From positions 1,496 to 65,495 of the forward strand of contig JAURYI010000118.1 of the NCBI GenBank assembly GCA_030654015.1: 64,000 nt of DNA, read 5' to 3'. The number at the start of each line of letters is the position of its first letter. The first letter of the stretch is position 1. The notes beneath the pieces were generated by a model. That model was not told the origin of the DNA, made no database searches, and was given only the letters and a program-made list of their open reading frames with translations. Shown here in pieces: positions 44,394-53,968 of the stretch. The DNA comes from Methylococcales bacterium. GTDB taxonomy: Bacteria; Pseudomonadota; Gammaproteobacteria; Methylococcales; Methylomonadaceae. A program made the position numbers and the translations under genes.

Positions 44394-46334
44394 ATGCAGG
44401 GTGTACAGCGCAAAAAACTTATCATTTCCACTCTGTGCCTGATGCCTTGTTTGTCGGCACACGCGCTGGTGAATGAGGGCGTTGTTGCACCGACAACCGA
44501 CGTAGCTACACCCGCAGCGACTCCTGCGGCAGTGGTTCAGACTCCACAAGCAGCCCCGCCTGCTGTTGCCATGAATGAAATCAGCAGCCTGATTGCCAGC
44601 AAGCAGCACCCCTATCTGACGCAATCACATTTTACCTATCGTGCTGAAGATTTGGACGCGCTGTATAAAGCCAACAATTACCAGCCAATCTGGTTGGTGG
44701 ATGACGGTAAGGCCAATAAAAATGTAGATGAAGCCATCAAAATGCTGGAAGCGGCGGCGGGTCATGGTTTAAATCCCGCTGATTATGATACCGAAATGTT
44801 ACGGCAGAAATTAACCGCGTTAAAAGCACCGTTCGATGTGCATAGCAAAGACGTGGCACTTTATGACACCGCAATCAGTTTGTCGTTACTGCGTTTTATG
44901 CACAACCTGCATTACGGGCGCATCAATCCCAACGATTTACATTTCAATATTCAGCGCAGAGCGGAAAAAACACTGGATTTGCCCGCACTGATTAAAGCTA
45001 ATTTAGCCGCTGATACCTTGCCATCGCTGCCGTCGTTAGTAGAACCGACGTTACAACAGTATCAAAAACTGAAACAGGCACTGGCAAGTTATCGCGCCCC
45101 TGAAAAAATACCACCGCTTAACCTGCTGGTGAATAAAACTATTCGTCAGGGCGATGCTCTGCCGCAAAGCGCAGAGCTGCAAAAATATCTGGCGGCGTTC
45201 GGCGATATACCTTCCGATAAAATCGACAATACCGCGACGACGTACACGGCAACGATGGTTGAGGGTGTTAAAAATTTCCAGAAACGTCATAGTATCAAAG
45301 CGAATGGGCTTATCAACAAAGCAACGGTCGCGGCTCTTAATGCGCCGCTAATAGATGCTGAACGTATCACACAAATCGAATTGGCAATGGAACGACTACG
45401 CTGGTTGCCCGAAATTACCGAAGGGCCTGTGATTATTGTCAATATTCCTGCCTTTCAACTGTCGGCGTTTGATGATATCAAGCAAGATATTCCGACAACA
45501 ACGATGCGCGTTGTAGTGGGTAAAGCGGCGAAAAATCAAACCCCGCAACTGGCCGCTGATATGCGTTTTGTTGATTTTCAGCCTTACTGGAACGTACCTT
45601 ACAAAATTGCCAAAGATGAAATCCTGCCTAAATTAGCCGCCGATCCAGAGTATTTAACACGGCAGAATATGGAATTTGTTTCTGGTTCAGGCAGCAGCGC
45701 ACTGCGTATCAGGCAACGCCCTGGTAAAGGCAACGCATTGGGTAAAGTAAAGTTTATTTTCCCTAACGCCAGTAGCGTCTACTTACATGACACGCCTTCA
45801 GTTGCACTGTTCAGTCGACCGCGTAGAGATTTGAGTCATGGTTGTGTACGAGTCGCCCATCCGCAAGCACTGGCTGAATTTGTTCTTAAAGATCAAGGTG
45901 GCTGGGATACGGATGCGATAAAAAAAGCGATGGGAGGGAAAAACAGACAGGTCGTTCTTAAAAAAACCATTCCTGTGTTATTCCTTTATAACACTGCGTT
46001 TTTCAATGAACACAGTAACTTGACTTTTTATACCGATATTTACCATCGTGATGCCGAATTGCTGGACGCGCTTACCAAGCATCAGGATTTGTCGGATCAG
46101 GTTTTGTTTGCACCGAAAGAAGTGCCGCCAAGTGTTGAGCCGATAGAAGCGGAAGCCGTACACGCCGAAGCAGTGGTTGCTGCCAATACAAAACAGGCTG
46201 TTCCAGTGGTTCAAAGCATGGCAACGACTAACACCGCTCAAGTTGCCCGCACTATTCAGCCAGCGACCAATACAGAAGAAAAATCAGCCTCAGCCGCCGA
46301 AGTGGTCAAGACGGATTCAACGTTGTCGCCCTAA
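44394..46334 (+). CDS. YcbB/LdtD-family L,D-transpeptidase
   Basis: Internal ATG at 44394 of track ORF 44301..46334 gives signal peptide MQGVQRKKLIISTLCLMPCLSAHA. PG-binding repeat (VKNFQKRHSIKANGLI) and YkuD catalytic motif LHDTPS..RDLSHGCVRV. Confidence 0.88.
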   Translation: MQGVQRKKLIISTLCLMPCLSAHALVNEGVVAPTTDVATPAATPAAVVQTPQAAPPAVAMNEISSLIASKQHPYLTQSHFTYRAEDLDALYKANNYQPIWLVDDGKANKNVDEAIKMLEAAAGHGLNPADYDTEMLRQKLTALKAPFDVHSKDVALYDTAISLSLLRFMHNLHYGRINPNDLHFNIQRRAEKTLDLPALIKANLAADTLPSLPSLVEPTLQQYQKLKQALASYRAPEKIPPLNLLVNKTIRQGDALPQSAELQKYLAAFGDIPSDKIDNTATTYTATMVEGVKNFQKRHSIKANGLINKATVAALNAPLIDAERITQIELAMERLRWLPEITEGPVIIVNIPAFQLSAFDDIKQDIPTTTMRVVVGKAAKNQTPQLAADMRFVDFQPYWNVPYKIAKDEILPKLAADPEYLTRQNMEFVSGSGSSALRIRQRPGKGNALGKVKFIFPNASSVYLHDTPSVALFSRPRRDLSHGCVRVAHPQALAEFVLKDQGGWDTDAIKKAMGGKNRQVVLKKTIPVLFLYNTAFFNEHSNLTFYTDIYHRDAELLDALTKHQDLSDQVLFAPKEVPPSVEPIEAEAVHAEAVVAANTKQAVPVVQSMATTNTAQVARTIQPATNTEEKSASAAEVVKTDSTLSP

Positions 46335-46362
46335 CAGAAGTTCGGTAATGGGTTAAAGCCTA

Positions 46363-46396
46363 ATGACTGCCAGTCCTTTAAAAGACTGGCAGTCAT
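46363..46396. repeat. ATGACTGCCAGTC-ctttaaaa-GACTGGCAGTCAT hairpin (family copy d, best preserved)
   Basis: 13-bp perfect stem read directly, 28 nt after the L,D-transpeptidase stop. Confidence 0.7.
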
Positions 46397-46473
46397 GTTA
46401 GAAAATTTACACAGTATCAGCAGTGTTATGCCAGAGTCTGGACAGCGCATGAAACGGTAATTAAAAGCAGAAA

Positions 46474-46512
46474 CAAAAAAAGGGGCAACTATGTTAGTTG
46501 CCCCTTTTTTTT
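46474..46512. terminator. Bidirectional intrinsic terminator (A-run, AGGGGCAACT-atgtt-AGTTGCCCCT, T-run)
   Basis: 10-bp GC-rich stem flanked by A8 and T8 runs, between the convergent L,D-transpeptidase and DUF882 genes. Confidence 0.85.
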
Positions 46513-46539
46513 AACTTGTGTGCAGAATGTAAGTTTAAC

Positions 46540-47496
46540 TTACCAGGTTCTCACGTCGCCCGTATCTAAATGGACAAAGTTACTACCTGGATAATAACCT
46601 ACGCCGCCGCGTGCCATGCTGAGAGCTGCGTCTCTAATATGTCTGCTATCGACACCCGCGATGCGGATGTCGATAGCTCTGCCTTGCATATGCAAGCTGT
46701 TGCGTGCGACACCGCGACTGTTTCTGCGTAACTGCGAGTTGGTAAACGGTGAGCGGTAGCCGCAAATAACATGAATCGGTTTTTTAATGCCGAGTGTTGC
46801 CTGCAAATCATTTAACTGATCCAGCAATGCGACATCAACAGGGTGAATTTCATCCGTCATATGGTCGCGATAGAGATGGTTGATTTCATGCAGGGCATCG
46901 GGAAGATACCGTCCTTTTTCAAAATAAGTCACATTCAGGCTATCGCCTGTCGTGGTATTTTGTAAGGACAATGTTTTGTGTGCAGCATTGCTGTTGCGTG
47001 CCATACTCGGCAAGGAATATCTGTCCTGTATGCCGCTACGAAAATCAGGTTCAAATTCTTCGTTTGAATCAAATTCAGGCATATCTCTATGCAGAGCATG
47101 GTGAATACGATTGTTGTCGCGCAAAGCCAGTCGTTCGTGTGCCTCGTGATGTAAACGATGACCGCCTTTGTGGTCTTTGTGCAGTGAGCTGTGAATACGC
47201 GAACTGTTGCCTTTTGAGGCAAGTTGCAGGTGGTCAGAATGGCGATTGTGTGCTGTTTTTAACGCCAGTCTCTCATGGAGTGCGTTTTTGCCGTGTGTTT
47301 CGACGTGTTGTTTTGCCGCGTGTTTTACATCGGCTTTTTTGCTGGTGTGAATAACGTGCTTTGCGGCTGCTTCTACAATGCCAGAGCCGCTCATCGCTAA
47401 CACAGAACCATAAGCCATACGCGTTAAAAACTTGCGTCTTGATGCGATCACATCAGTTTCATTCATAGACATGGTTGTTAATAGTTGTTGGTTCAT
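46540..47496 (-). CDS. DUF882/YcbK (MepK-like) peptidase M15A-family protein with Tat signal and His-rich insert
   Basis: 318 aa; twin-arginine signal SRRKFLTRMAYGSVLA. C-terminal CGYRSP.TN....NSRGVA..SLHM.G.A.D.. and FVHLDTG motifs of the YcbK family. ~110 aa His-rich linker. Confidence 0.8.
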   Translation of the reverse strand: MNQQLLTTMSMNETDVIASRRKFLTRMAYGSVLAMSGSGIVEAAAKHVIHTSKKADVKHAAKQHVETHGKNALHERLALKTAHNRHSDHLQLASKGNSSRIHSSLHKDHKGGHRLHHEAHERLALRDNNRIHHALHRDMPEFDSNEEFEPDFRSGIQDRYSLPSMARNSNAAHKTLSLQNTTTGDSLNVTYFEKGRYLPDALHEINHLYRDHMTDEIHPVDVALLDQLNDLQATLGIKKPIHVICGYRSPFTNSQLRRNSRGVARNSLHMQGRAIDIRIAGVDSRHIRDAALSMARGGVGYYPGSNFVHLDTGDVRTW

Positions 47497-47736
47497 TAAA
47501 TAAAAATCTCTTTTTGTAGCCTTTAAACATATTTTGACGGGCTAATCTTAACGAAATCTTAAATTTCTTAATTTTCACGTTGTAACCGTATCGGCGAATG
47601 CGTCACATCAACCGTTGCAATGAATAAAAATTAGCCCAAAAATCAAACAAAAGGCTAAAATGCCACGCTATTAAACGAATGCAGGCTTAATTACTGCGGG
47701 CTGTTTAAACAATTTTCCATTAGCGAGCCTATCAAT

Positions 47737-48582
47737 ATGCAATCACAACATCCCCCTTTATTCAGCTTTGAGTTTTACCCGCCTAAAACCGAAGAAGGCG
47801 CGGCAAGTTTGCAAGTAGTACACAGCAAACTGGCCGCACTTAAGCCTGATTTTTTTTCCGTGACTTTTGGTGCAGGTGGTTCAACCCGCGATAAAACTTT
47901 TGATACGGTGGTTGATATTCAGGAAAAAGGCATCGCCGCCGCGCCGCATTTATCGTGTGTGGCTTCAACAAAAGACAATATCCGTGCCATTTTGAAAAAC
48001 TATCAGCAGCATGGTATTGCAAAAATTGTCGCGTTGAGAGGTGATTTGCCGTCGGGTACGTTGTCAGCGGGTGAGTTTCGCTATGCGAATGAATTGGTTA
48101 AATTTATAAGGCTGGAAACGGGGAATTATTTTGATATTCATGTTGCCGCTTATCCAGAAGTTCATCCTCAGGCGGCAAACGCGACTGAGGATTTTAAAAA
48201 CTTTAAGCGCAAAGTGGAGGCAGGTGCAAATTCAGCCATTACGCAATATTTTTATAATGCCGAATCGTATTTTTATTTTGTCGAATTGTGTGAAAAAAAT
48301 GGTATTACCATTCCCATCGTACCGGGCATTATGCCCATTACGCAGTATGCACAACTGTTTCGTTTTTCAGAAATGTGCGGTGCGGATATTCCGCGCTGGA
48401 TGCGTAAACGTCTGGAAAGTTTTGGTGATGATAAAGCCTCGGTACAGGCGTTTGGGCTGGATGTGGTGAGTGAACTTTGTCAGCGTTTGCTAGACGGTGG
48501 CGCACCTGGTTTACATTTTTATACCATGAATCAATCTGCGCCTAGCTTGGCGATTTTAGACAATTTACAATTGAAATCATAA
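47737..48582 (+). CDS. metF: 5,10-methylenetetrahydrofolate reductase
   Basis: 281 aa; FSFEFYPPKT, SVTFGAGGST, LRGD, HFYTMN. Confidence 0.95.
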   Translation: MQSQHPPLFSFEFYPPKTEEGAASLQVVHSKLAALKPDFFSVTFGAGGSTRDKTFDTVVDIQEKGIAAAPHLSCVASTKDNIRAILKNYQQHGIAKIVALRGDLPSGTLSAGEFRYANELVKFIRLETGNYFDIHVAAYPEVHPQAANATEDFKNFKRKVEAGANSAITQYFYNAESYFYFVELCEKNGITIPIVPGIMPITQYAQLFRFSEMCGADIPRWMRKRLESFGDDKASVQAFGLDVVSELCQRLLDGGAPGLHFYTMNQSAPSLAILDNLQLKS

Positions 48583-48595
48583 AGCGAACAGGCAT

Positions 48596-48636
48596 AAAAA
48601 AGGCGGGCGTGATGTATATCACGCCCGCCTTTTTTG
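48596..48636. terminator. Bidirectional intrinsic terminator (AAAAA-AGGCGGGCGTGAT-gtat-ATCACGCCCGCCT-TTTTTT)
   Basis: 13-bp GC-rich stem with flanking A and T runs, between metF and the convergent 48649-49380 gene. Confidence 0.88.
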
Positions 48637-48648
48637 TTGCAGTCGGCT

Positions 48649-49380
48649 TTATTTGCTTAACTGCTGTTCTACTTCATACGCCAGCATCGCGTCATAATGA
48701 CGACCCAGAGTCGCATCAGTGGGACGTGGTGTCATCGTTGCTGCGACTTGCGTGCGCAGGTGTGCGAGGTAATGTCTTCTTAGCGTGGAGTCTGTGGGGA
48801 TGTTTGATACTTCGTGTTGCGGTGCGGTTGTGATGCTTTCAACCGCAGTTTCGATTTGAACAGCGGGTTCAATAATGGCCTCTGGCTCTGCAACTTGCAC
48901 CTCTTCAACGGCGGTTACGGGTGCAGGACAAGCGGCTGTTTTTTGGCAAGCGGCATATTGAGCAATGAGTTTTTCCATAGCGACTTCATCGTTTAAACAC
49001 TGTGCAATGTCGGCGGTCAGCTGGGTATCATAATGGCGTGCTAAGGTTGGCTCAGTCGGACGTGCGGGGCTGATTGCAGTCATCATGGCGTGTACATGAG
49101 TCAGATAATGACGTTTCAGCATGGAGTCTTGCGGCAATAAACTATTGTCCTGTGCGCTGACAGGCTGGCTTTCAATCACAACAGCGGCAGTTGCTACAGG
49201 TACAGGTGTTTCTGTTTTTTCAGCAGGGGCAACTACTGGCTCGGCTGGTTTGGCTTCTTGCTTTACGGGAGTTGCCGCCGCAGGTTTGACTGTTGTGGTG
49301 CTATCGGATTTTTTGTTGTAATTTTTTAAGAAAAACCAGATGAAAGCGGCGAAAATGGCGAAGGCAATAAGTTCGATCAT
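48649..49380 (-). CDS. Membrane-anchored Ala/Pro/Val-rich protein with four L-x-RHY motifs in two ~45-aa repeats
   Basis: 243 aa; N-terminal TM MIELIAFAIFAAFIWFFL. Repeats are DSMLKRHYLTHV...PTLARHYDTQL and DSTLRRHYLAHL...ATLGRHYDAML. Confidence 0.6.
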   Translation of the reverse strand: MIELIAFAIFAAFIWFFLKNYNKKSDSTTTVKPAAATPVKQEAKPAEPVVAPAEKTETPVPVATAAVVIESQPVSAQDNSLLPQDSMLKRHYLTHVHAMMTAISPARPTEPTLARHYDTQLTADIAQCLNDEVAMEKLIAQYAACQKTAACPAPVTAVEEVQVAEPEAIIEPAVQIETAVESITTAPQHEVSNIPTDSTLRRHYLAHLRTQVAATMTPRPTDATLGRHYDAMLAYEVEQQLSK

Positions 49381-49467
49381 AATAATATTCCAGAGGGTTG
49401 CTACCCATTAGTCCATGGGTAGTGTGTCTATTTAATGGGGTGCGAAAGGTCAGGCAGCTGCGGAAAA

Positions 49468-49929
49468 TTATAAATCTGACACGCCGATAATTGACCAGTT
49501 ATCTATGTTAAGCGCGTCTTCTTCGTTATCACCTTTGTTATAGGTAATGCGACACGCATATTTTTTGGTGCTGGTTCCTGCGCTATCGGTGATACTGACT
49601 TCTGCATTAATGACATATTGATAGTTGCCGAGACTCCATGCTTTTAATGGTTTTTCTGCAAAGTTCATCGTTACATCGGTTTCGGCTTTCGATTTGAGGT
49701 AATTATTGCAGTGCATAAAAGCGATGTTGGACAAGGGTGTAGAGACAGGTAAATCACTGCCTTTATCTTCACTGTCCACTAAGAATAAATCTGATTTAAT
49801 CACGTCGTAGACGTAGGGCATAAAAAGCTTTTGTTGTGATACAGAAAGAACCAGTAAGCCAACGATCAGTATTAATATGCGGTATTTTTTTAGTAGATTT
49901 TTGAGTGATGACATATCGGGTATTTGCAA
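49468..49929 (-). CDS. Hypothetical membrane-anchored protein
   Basis: 153 aa ORF with N-terminal hydrophobic anchor ILILIVGLLVLSV; no recognised motif. Confidence 0.5.
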   Translation of the reverse strand: MQIPDMSSLKNLLKKYRILILIVGLLVLSVSQQKLFMPYVYDVIKSDLFLVDSEDKGSDLPVSTPLSNIAFMHCNNYLKSKAETDVTMNFAEKPLKAWSLGNYQYVINAEVSITDSAGTSTKKYACRITYNKGDNEEDALNIDNWSIIGVSDL

Positions 49930-50058
49930 GGGATTTGATTTAAAATTTGGGACGGATTCTAGCAGAAAAAAAAGCGTTAAGCGTAGGTAATTTTTTATGG
50001 GTGAATTTTTGGGATAAATTTATCAATAGCTTACAGAGGTATAAGGCTCGGTAATACG

Positions 50059-51066
50059 CTAGGTGCGGTTATAAATTTTGGCGTTTAAGTCAAAGCCTAT
50101 CAGGATAATTAAACAGTTGAATTGCAGCCACAGCATGACCACCATGATGGTACCGATGCTGCCGTATACTTTGTTATAAGTAGCAAAATTATTGACATAG
50201 TAATTGAATAATAATGACGCTATGATCGACAAAATGGTTGCTAATAACGCGCCTGTGTTGATTAATTGATAGCCCGCTGCCTTCACGGGACCGAAATAAT
50301 ACAGTAATGAGATAGCCGTAAATAACAGCAAAAACGAAATAACCCACTTGCCCAATGTCAGTAAGGCAATCACTAACCAGTCGCTTAATAATACGCCGTG
50401 TGCAATCGCATAATTAATCGCCACTTCGCTGAATATAATCAGTAATGAGGCGGTCAGTATCAGCACGGTCAGTGCGATAAACAACCATAGTGACACTAAG
50501 CGTTGTTGAATGAAATTTCGGGTTTCTACAATGTGAATAGCGTGATTAAAGGCATCTATCAGTGCGTTAATACCGTTGGTGGCAAAATAAAGCGTGACTA
50601 AAAATCCGAATGATAATAAGCCGTTATGTTGCGTGTTGACCAAATCTTTGATGGTGACCTCTGCTGCCTGATAAGCATTTTCGGGTAAGAGCGTGTGCAT
50701 TTCCTTGAGCAGTTGCTGATGCAGATTGTCGATGGGTAAAAAAGGTATCAGGGAAAAAAAGAAGATGATGGCGGGAAACAGTGCTAGAAAAAAAGTGAAT
50801 GCCACTGCTGACGCGCGGGTGTTAATAGCACTTTTCTGGTTTTCAACGATAAAGAAATAGCCGATGTCATACAGTGCAAGACCTGCAAACCCCAGCGGTT
50901 TAATAGTTTTCGACCACGCTATTAATGGTTGTGTGAGCGTCACTAACGGACTTTCTGGTAGTTGAGTATGGTTCATCATCAGCCTATTGACAGGTGTGAG
51001 TTCAGCATAAGCTGAAATTATCTTGTGCAAAAAAATGTTGATTAAATGATAATGACTGCTTAACAA
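50059..51066 (-). CDS. YihY/BrkB-family inner membrane protein
   Basis: 335 aa (the start may be the internal MMNHTQL..). RASAVAFTFFLALFPAIIFF and six TM segments are typical of YihY. Confidence 0.8.
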   Translation of the reverse strand: MLSSHYHLINIFLHKIISAYAELTPVNRLMMNHTQLPESPLVTLTQPLIAWSKTIKPLGFAGLALYDIGYFFIVENQKSAINTRASAVAFTFFLALFPAIIFFFSLIPFLPIDNLHQQLLKEMHTLLPENAYQAAEVTIKDLVNTQHNGLLSFGFLVTLYFATNGINALIDAFNHAIHIVETRNFIQQRLVSLWLFIALTVLILTASLLIIFSEVAINYAIAHGVLLSDWLVIALLTLGKWVISFLLLFTAISLLYYFGPVKAAGYQLINTGALLATILSIIASLLFNYYVNNFATYNKVYGSIGTIMVVMLWLQFNCLIILIGFDLNAKIYNRT

Positions 51067-51136
51067 AAAATATATTCACTAGAATAGCGCAGTGTATTCT
51101 ATACCGTTACTTAACAATCCAACACGAGGTCATCTC

Positions 51137-51538
51137 ATGAAAAAAACATTATTTCTTACTATTGCGATGCTGATTTCAGGCGGTGCTTTTGCAGGCACTG
51201 AGCATTATGTCTTGCGTGATGGCAATCACGTTCAGCATTTAAAAGTGACTGACAAAAATGGCGAAGTCACCATCAGCACGGATGTTGATTTTGAAGCCAA
51301 TGCCAATGAAAAAGATCGCCCCGCCTGTTCAGCCAGTTTGACCGACGAAGCCAAACGTGTCGATAAAGACAATCTGCTGGTGAAAAAACATTCGGAAGTT
51401 GATGCGTCTTTCTGCGAGTTGAAAATTAATTTAACAGACACAGGCGCGAAAATCGAGCAGTCAAAAGGTTGTGAAAATTTTGCCACAGGTATTTGTCATT
51501 TTTCCAGTGACGGCAAAGAATTAGTTAAAGTTAAATAG
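51137..51538 (+). CDS. Small secreted Cys-containing hypothetical protein
   Basis: Internal ATG at 51137 (RBS ACGAGGT) of track ORF 51092..51538; signal peptide MKKTLFLTIAMLISGGAFAG; 4 Cys. Confidence 0.55.
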   Translation: MKKTLFLTIAMLISGGAFAGTEHYVLRDGNHVQHLKVTDKNGEVTISTDVDFEANANEKDRPACSASLTDEAKRVDKDNLLVKKHSEVDASFCELKINLTDTGAKIEQSKGCENFATGICHFSSDGKELVKVK

Positions 51539-51691
51539 CCGCAACCACACGCGAATAACACCGCCTGCCTTCATTGCCTGTGCGGGTTATTCGCGTACAA
51601 CATAATCATTATGATTGTCCATTCCCCGCGTACTTAAACGTACGTCCGATACGCGCATTTTCAAACCGTTAAACACCAAGGATTATCCTGC

Positions 51692-52501
51692 ATGAATATT
51701 TTTTATACCTTTTCTGGCTTTGCTGTCGGCTTATTAGTCGGTGTCACAGGCGTGGGCGGTGGCTCATTAATGACTCCGTTGCTGGTTTTTTTATTCAATT
51801 TTAATCCAGCGGTTGCGGTAGGCACGGATTTATTGTTTGCTGCCATTACCAAAACTGGCGGTGTATGGGTGCATCACGGTAAACATGGATCTGTTGATTG
51901 GAAAATTGTCGGCTGGTTGGCATTGGGTAGTTTACCGTTTGCGATAGGTACTTTATTTGTACTCCAATATTTAAACTCGGTGGGCAAGGAAACCACGGGA
52001 GCAATTACTTTTTCGTTAGGCATCGCTTTAATCCTCACTTCTTGCGCATTGTTTGTGCGTAGCGCGTTATTACATAACGCGGAAAAATTAGGGCAAATTG
52101 ATGATGAGCATAGCAATCTGGAAAATGCAGCGCGGTTCAAACATCTGGAAATTCCTGCAACTGTGCTGATTGGCGCGGTGCTGGGGGTACTGGTTACGCT
52201 GTCTTCAGTCGGTGCTGGCGCGTTGGGTACAGTAGCATTGTTATTTTTATACCCAAGAATGACCACGCTGAAAATTGTCGGTACCGATTTGGCTCATGCG
52301 ATTCCGCTGACCGCCGTTGCAGGCATCGGGCATTGGACGCTGGGCAATGTGAATTTTGTATTATTGGGCAGTTTGTTAATCGGCTCATTACCCGGTATCT
52401 GGATTGGCAGCCACTTAAGCGCGAAAATCCCAGAAAAAATATTACGCCCTGTATTGGCAACCGTGTTATTGCTGATTGGTTTGAAGTTTGTCCTGCACTA
52501 A
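51692..52501 (+). CDS. TauE/SafE-family anion (sulfite/organosulfonate) exporter
   Basis: 269 aa; GVGGGSLMTPLLVF and duplicated 4-TM halves typical of TauE/SafE. Confidence 0.8.
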   Translation: MNIFYTFSGFAVGLLVGVTGVGGGSLMTPLLVFLFNFNPAVAVGTDLLFAAITKTGGVWVHHGKHGSVDWKIVGWLALGSLPFAIGTLFVLQYLNSVGKETTGAITFSLGIALILTSCALFVRSALLHNAEKLGQIDDEHSNLENAARFKHLEIPATVLIGAVLGVLVTLSSVGAGALGTVALLFLYPRMTTLKIVGTDLAHAIPLTAVAGIGHWTLGNVNFVLLGSLLIGSLPGIWIGSHLSAKIPEKILRPVLATVLLLIGLKFVLH

Positions 52502-52509
52502 GCCGCTGC

Positions 52510-53946
52510 ATGAGTCGCTCGCAACAGCAGAGTTTTTTTCGTGAGTCGCCCGATAGTCGCCTGTTAACGCGCGGGGCGTATTCGCCGTCCCCGTTATATT
52601 TTCTTACCCAACCGATACCGACCGCCTCAGGCAATAAATGGCTGGTGTCGCATAGCCTTCGAGAACTCGGTTCTTACGTCAATTATCGCCCCAGCCCCGA
52701 AGGTATCCGCGATTTTCTGTGTTACGGATTTGTCCCCGCGCCGCGTACTATTTTTCAGGGCGTGTCTGCCGTGCCGCCTGAGATGCAGTGCCGCCTGCCG
52801 TTTGCTGACAATCAAATCGTCTGGAGTCGTACTGATAGAAGCCCCAGACCGCCGCTACACCAGCCAGAACAGGCATTTTGGCAACACCTCTTTGCACATA
52901 CCCGCTTAGACCACGCCGCCGTATTGCTGTCAGGCGGGCTGGACAGCGCAATGGTCGCCGCCGCCGCACACGCCGCAGGTACAAAAATTACCGCGTATCA
53001 TGCGCGGTTCAGCGGTGTTGATGTGGGCGAAGGTTCGGATACGCACGCCGCACGCATGACTGCCCAACACCTAGGCATAGAACAGCGTGAAATAGTGGTG
53101 AATTCTTTCGATGCCCTGCGCTGGTTCGGTAAAGTGATGGGCGCGTTGGATCAACCGCTGGGCGACCCTGTCTTGCTGCCGTTTTATCTGTTGTTTAAAG
53201 CCATTCATCAACACCAACCCCAGCACACGGTACTCACAGGCGAAGGCGGCGATCAGTTATTCGGTTCGTGGGCGATGAAACCGATGATGATGCGCGAGTT
53301 ATACCCAGAAGCAGGCTATAACCAATCGGCAGGCTATCTTGCCAGTTTTCATAAGTTCAGTGATGAATGGGATAGATTAATTTCCGCTAAATTAGGACAG
53401 CAACTCGATAACTCGGTTGAACTGGAAAGCCCGATTGCTCAGGCTTTTGCATCCTCACCATTACCCGATTTTTGTAATCAATTACGCTGGGTCGATTTAC
53501 AATTAAAGGGACTGCAACATATCGTGCCTAGAATAAACGCTATGGCAACCGCCCACCAACTCAACACACACCATCCATTTTTTGCGGCGGATATGATTGA
53601 GTTGGGCATGGAGTTACCCAATGAATTAAAAATGTCAGGGGCGCGGGATAAAGTATTGCTGAAAATGCTGGCGCATTCCTATTTGCCTGAACCAGTGGTA
53701 GAACGGCGCAAACAAGGCATGGGCGTACCGACCAGCCTGTGGTTTCAACGCGGTTTAATGCCCTTGGCGGCGTATTGGTTGAATAAAAACAGACTGATTA
53801 CGTCAGGCTTATTGAATGCGGACACGGTTCAAGAGATAAGACAAAAAAACCTGACCACCAGCGACGGACGCGGTAGACGCTGGGGGGACAGGTTATGGAT
53901 GTTATGTGCGTTAGAATGTTGGTTTGCCAGTCTTAACCAGTCTTAA
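52510..53946 (+). CDS. Asparagine-synthetase-like PP-loop ATP pyrophosphatase, synthetase domain only (no glutaminase domain)
   Basis: In-frame ATG at 52510 of track ORF 52333..53946; the upstream part overlaps the tauE-like gene. Motifs: AVLLSGGLDSAMVAA, LTGEGGDQLFGSW, HHPFFAADMIEL, ERRKQGMGVPTSLWF. Only ~60 residues precede the linker segment YGFVPAPRTIFQGV. Confidence 0.8.
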   Translation: MSRSQQQSFFRESPDSRLLTRGAYSPSPLYFLTQPIPTASGNKWLVSHSLRELGSYVNYRPSPEGIRDFLCYGFVPAPRTIFQGVSAVPPEMQCRLPFADNQIVWSRTDRSPRPPLHQPEQAFWQHLFAHTRLDHAAVLLSGGLDSAMVAAAAHAAGTKITAYHARFSGVDVGEGSDTHAARMTAQHLGIEQREIVVNSFDALRWFGKVMGALDQPLGDPVLLPFYLLFKAIHQHQPQHTVLTGEGGDQLFGSWAMKPMMMRELYPEAGYNQSAGYLASFHKFSDEWDRLISAKLGQQLDNSVELESPIAQAFASSPLPDFCNQLRWVDLQLKGLQHIVPRINAMATAHQLNTHHPFFAADMIELGMELPNELKMSGARDKVLLKMLAHSYLPEPVVERRKQGMGVPTSLWFQRGLMPLAAYWLNKNRLITSGLLNADTVQEIRQKNLTTSDGRGRRWGDRLWMLCALECWFASLNQS

Positions 53947-53968
53947 ATTAACGTTGCGAGGTGAAACA

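Noticed and set aside
47497-47736. SAH or other riboswitch upstream of metF
   Set aside because: The region is AT-rich with no GC-rich pseudoknot-forming segments resembling the SAH element, so it was judged an ordinary promoter region. An Rfam scan would confirm.
52194-52634. 146-aa minus-strand ORF and the upstream extension (52333-52509) of the AsnB-like 1 ORF
   Set aside because: Both overlap the well-supported tauE-like gene. The AsnB-like similarity starts only after ATG 52510.
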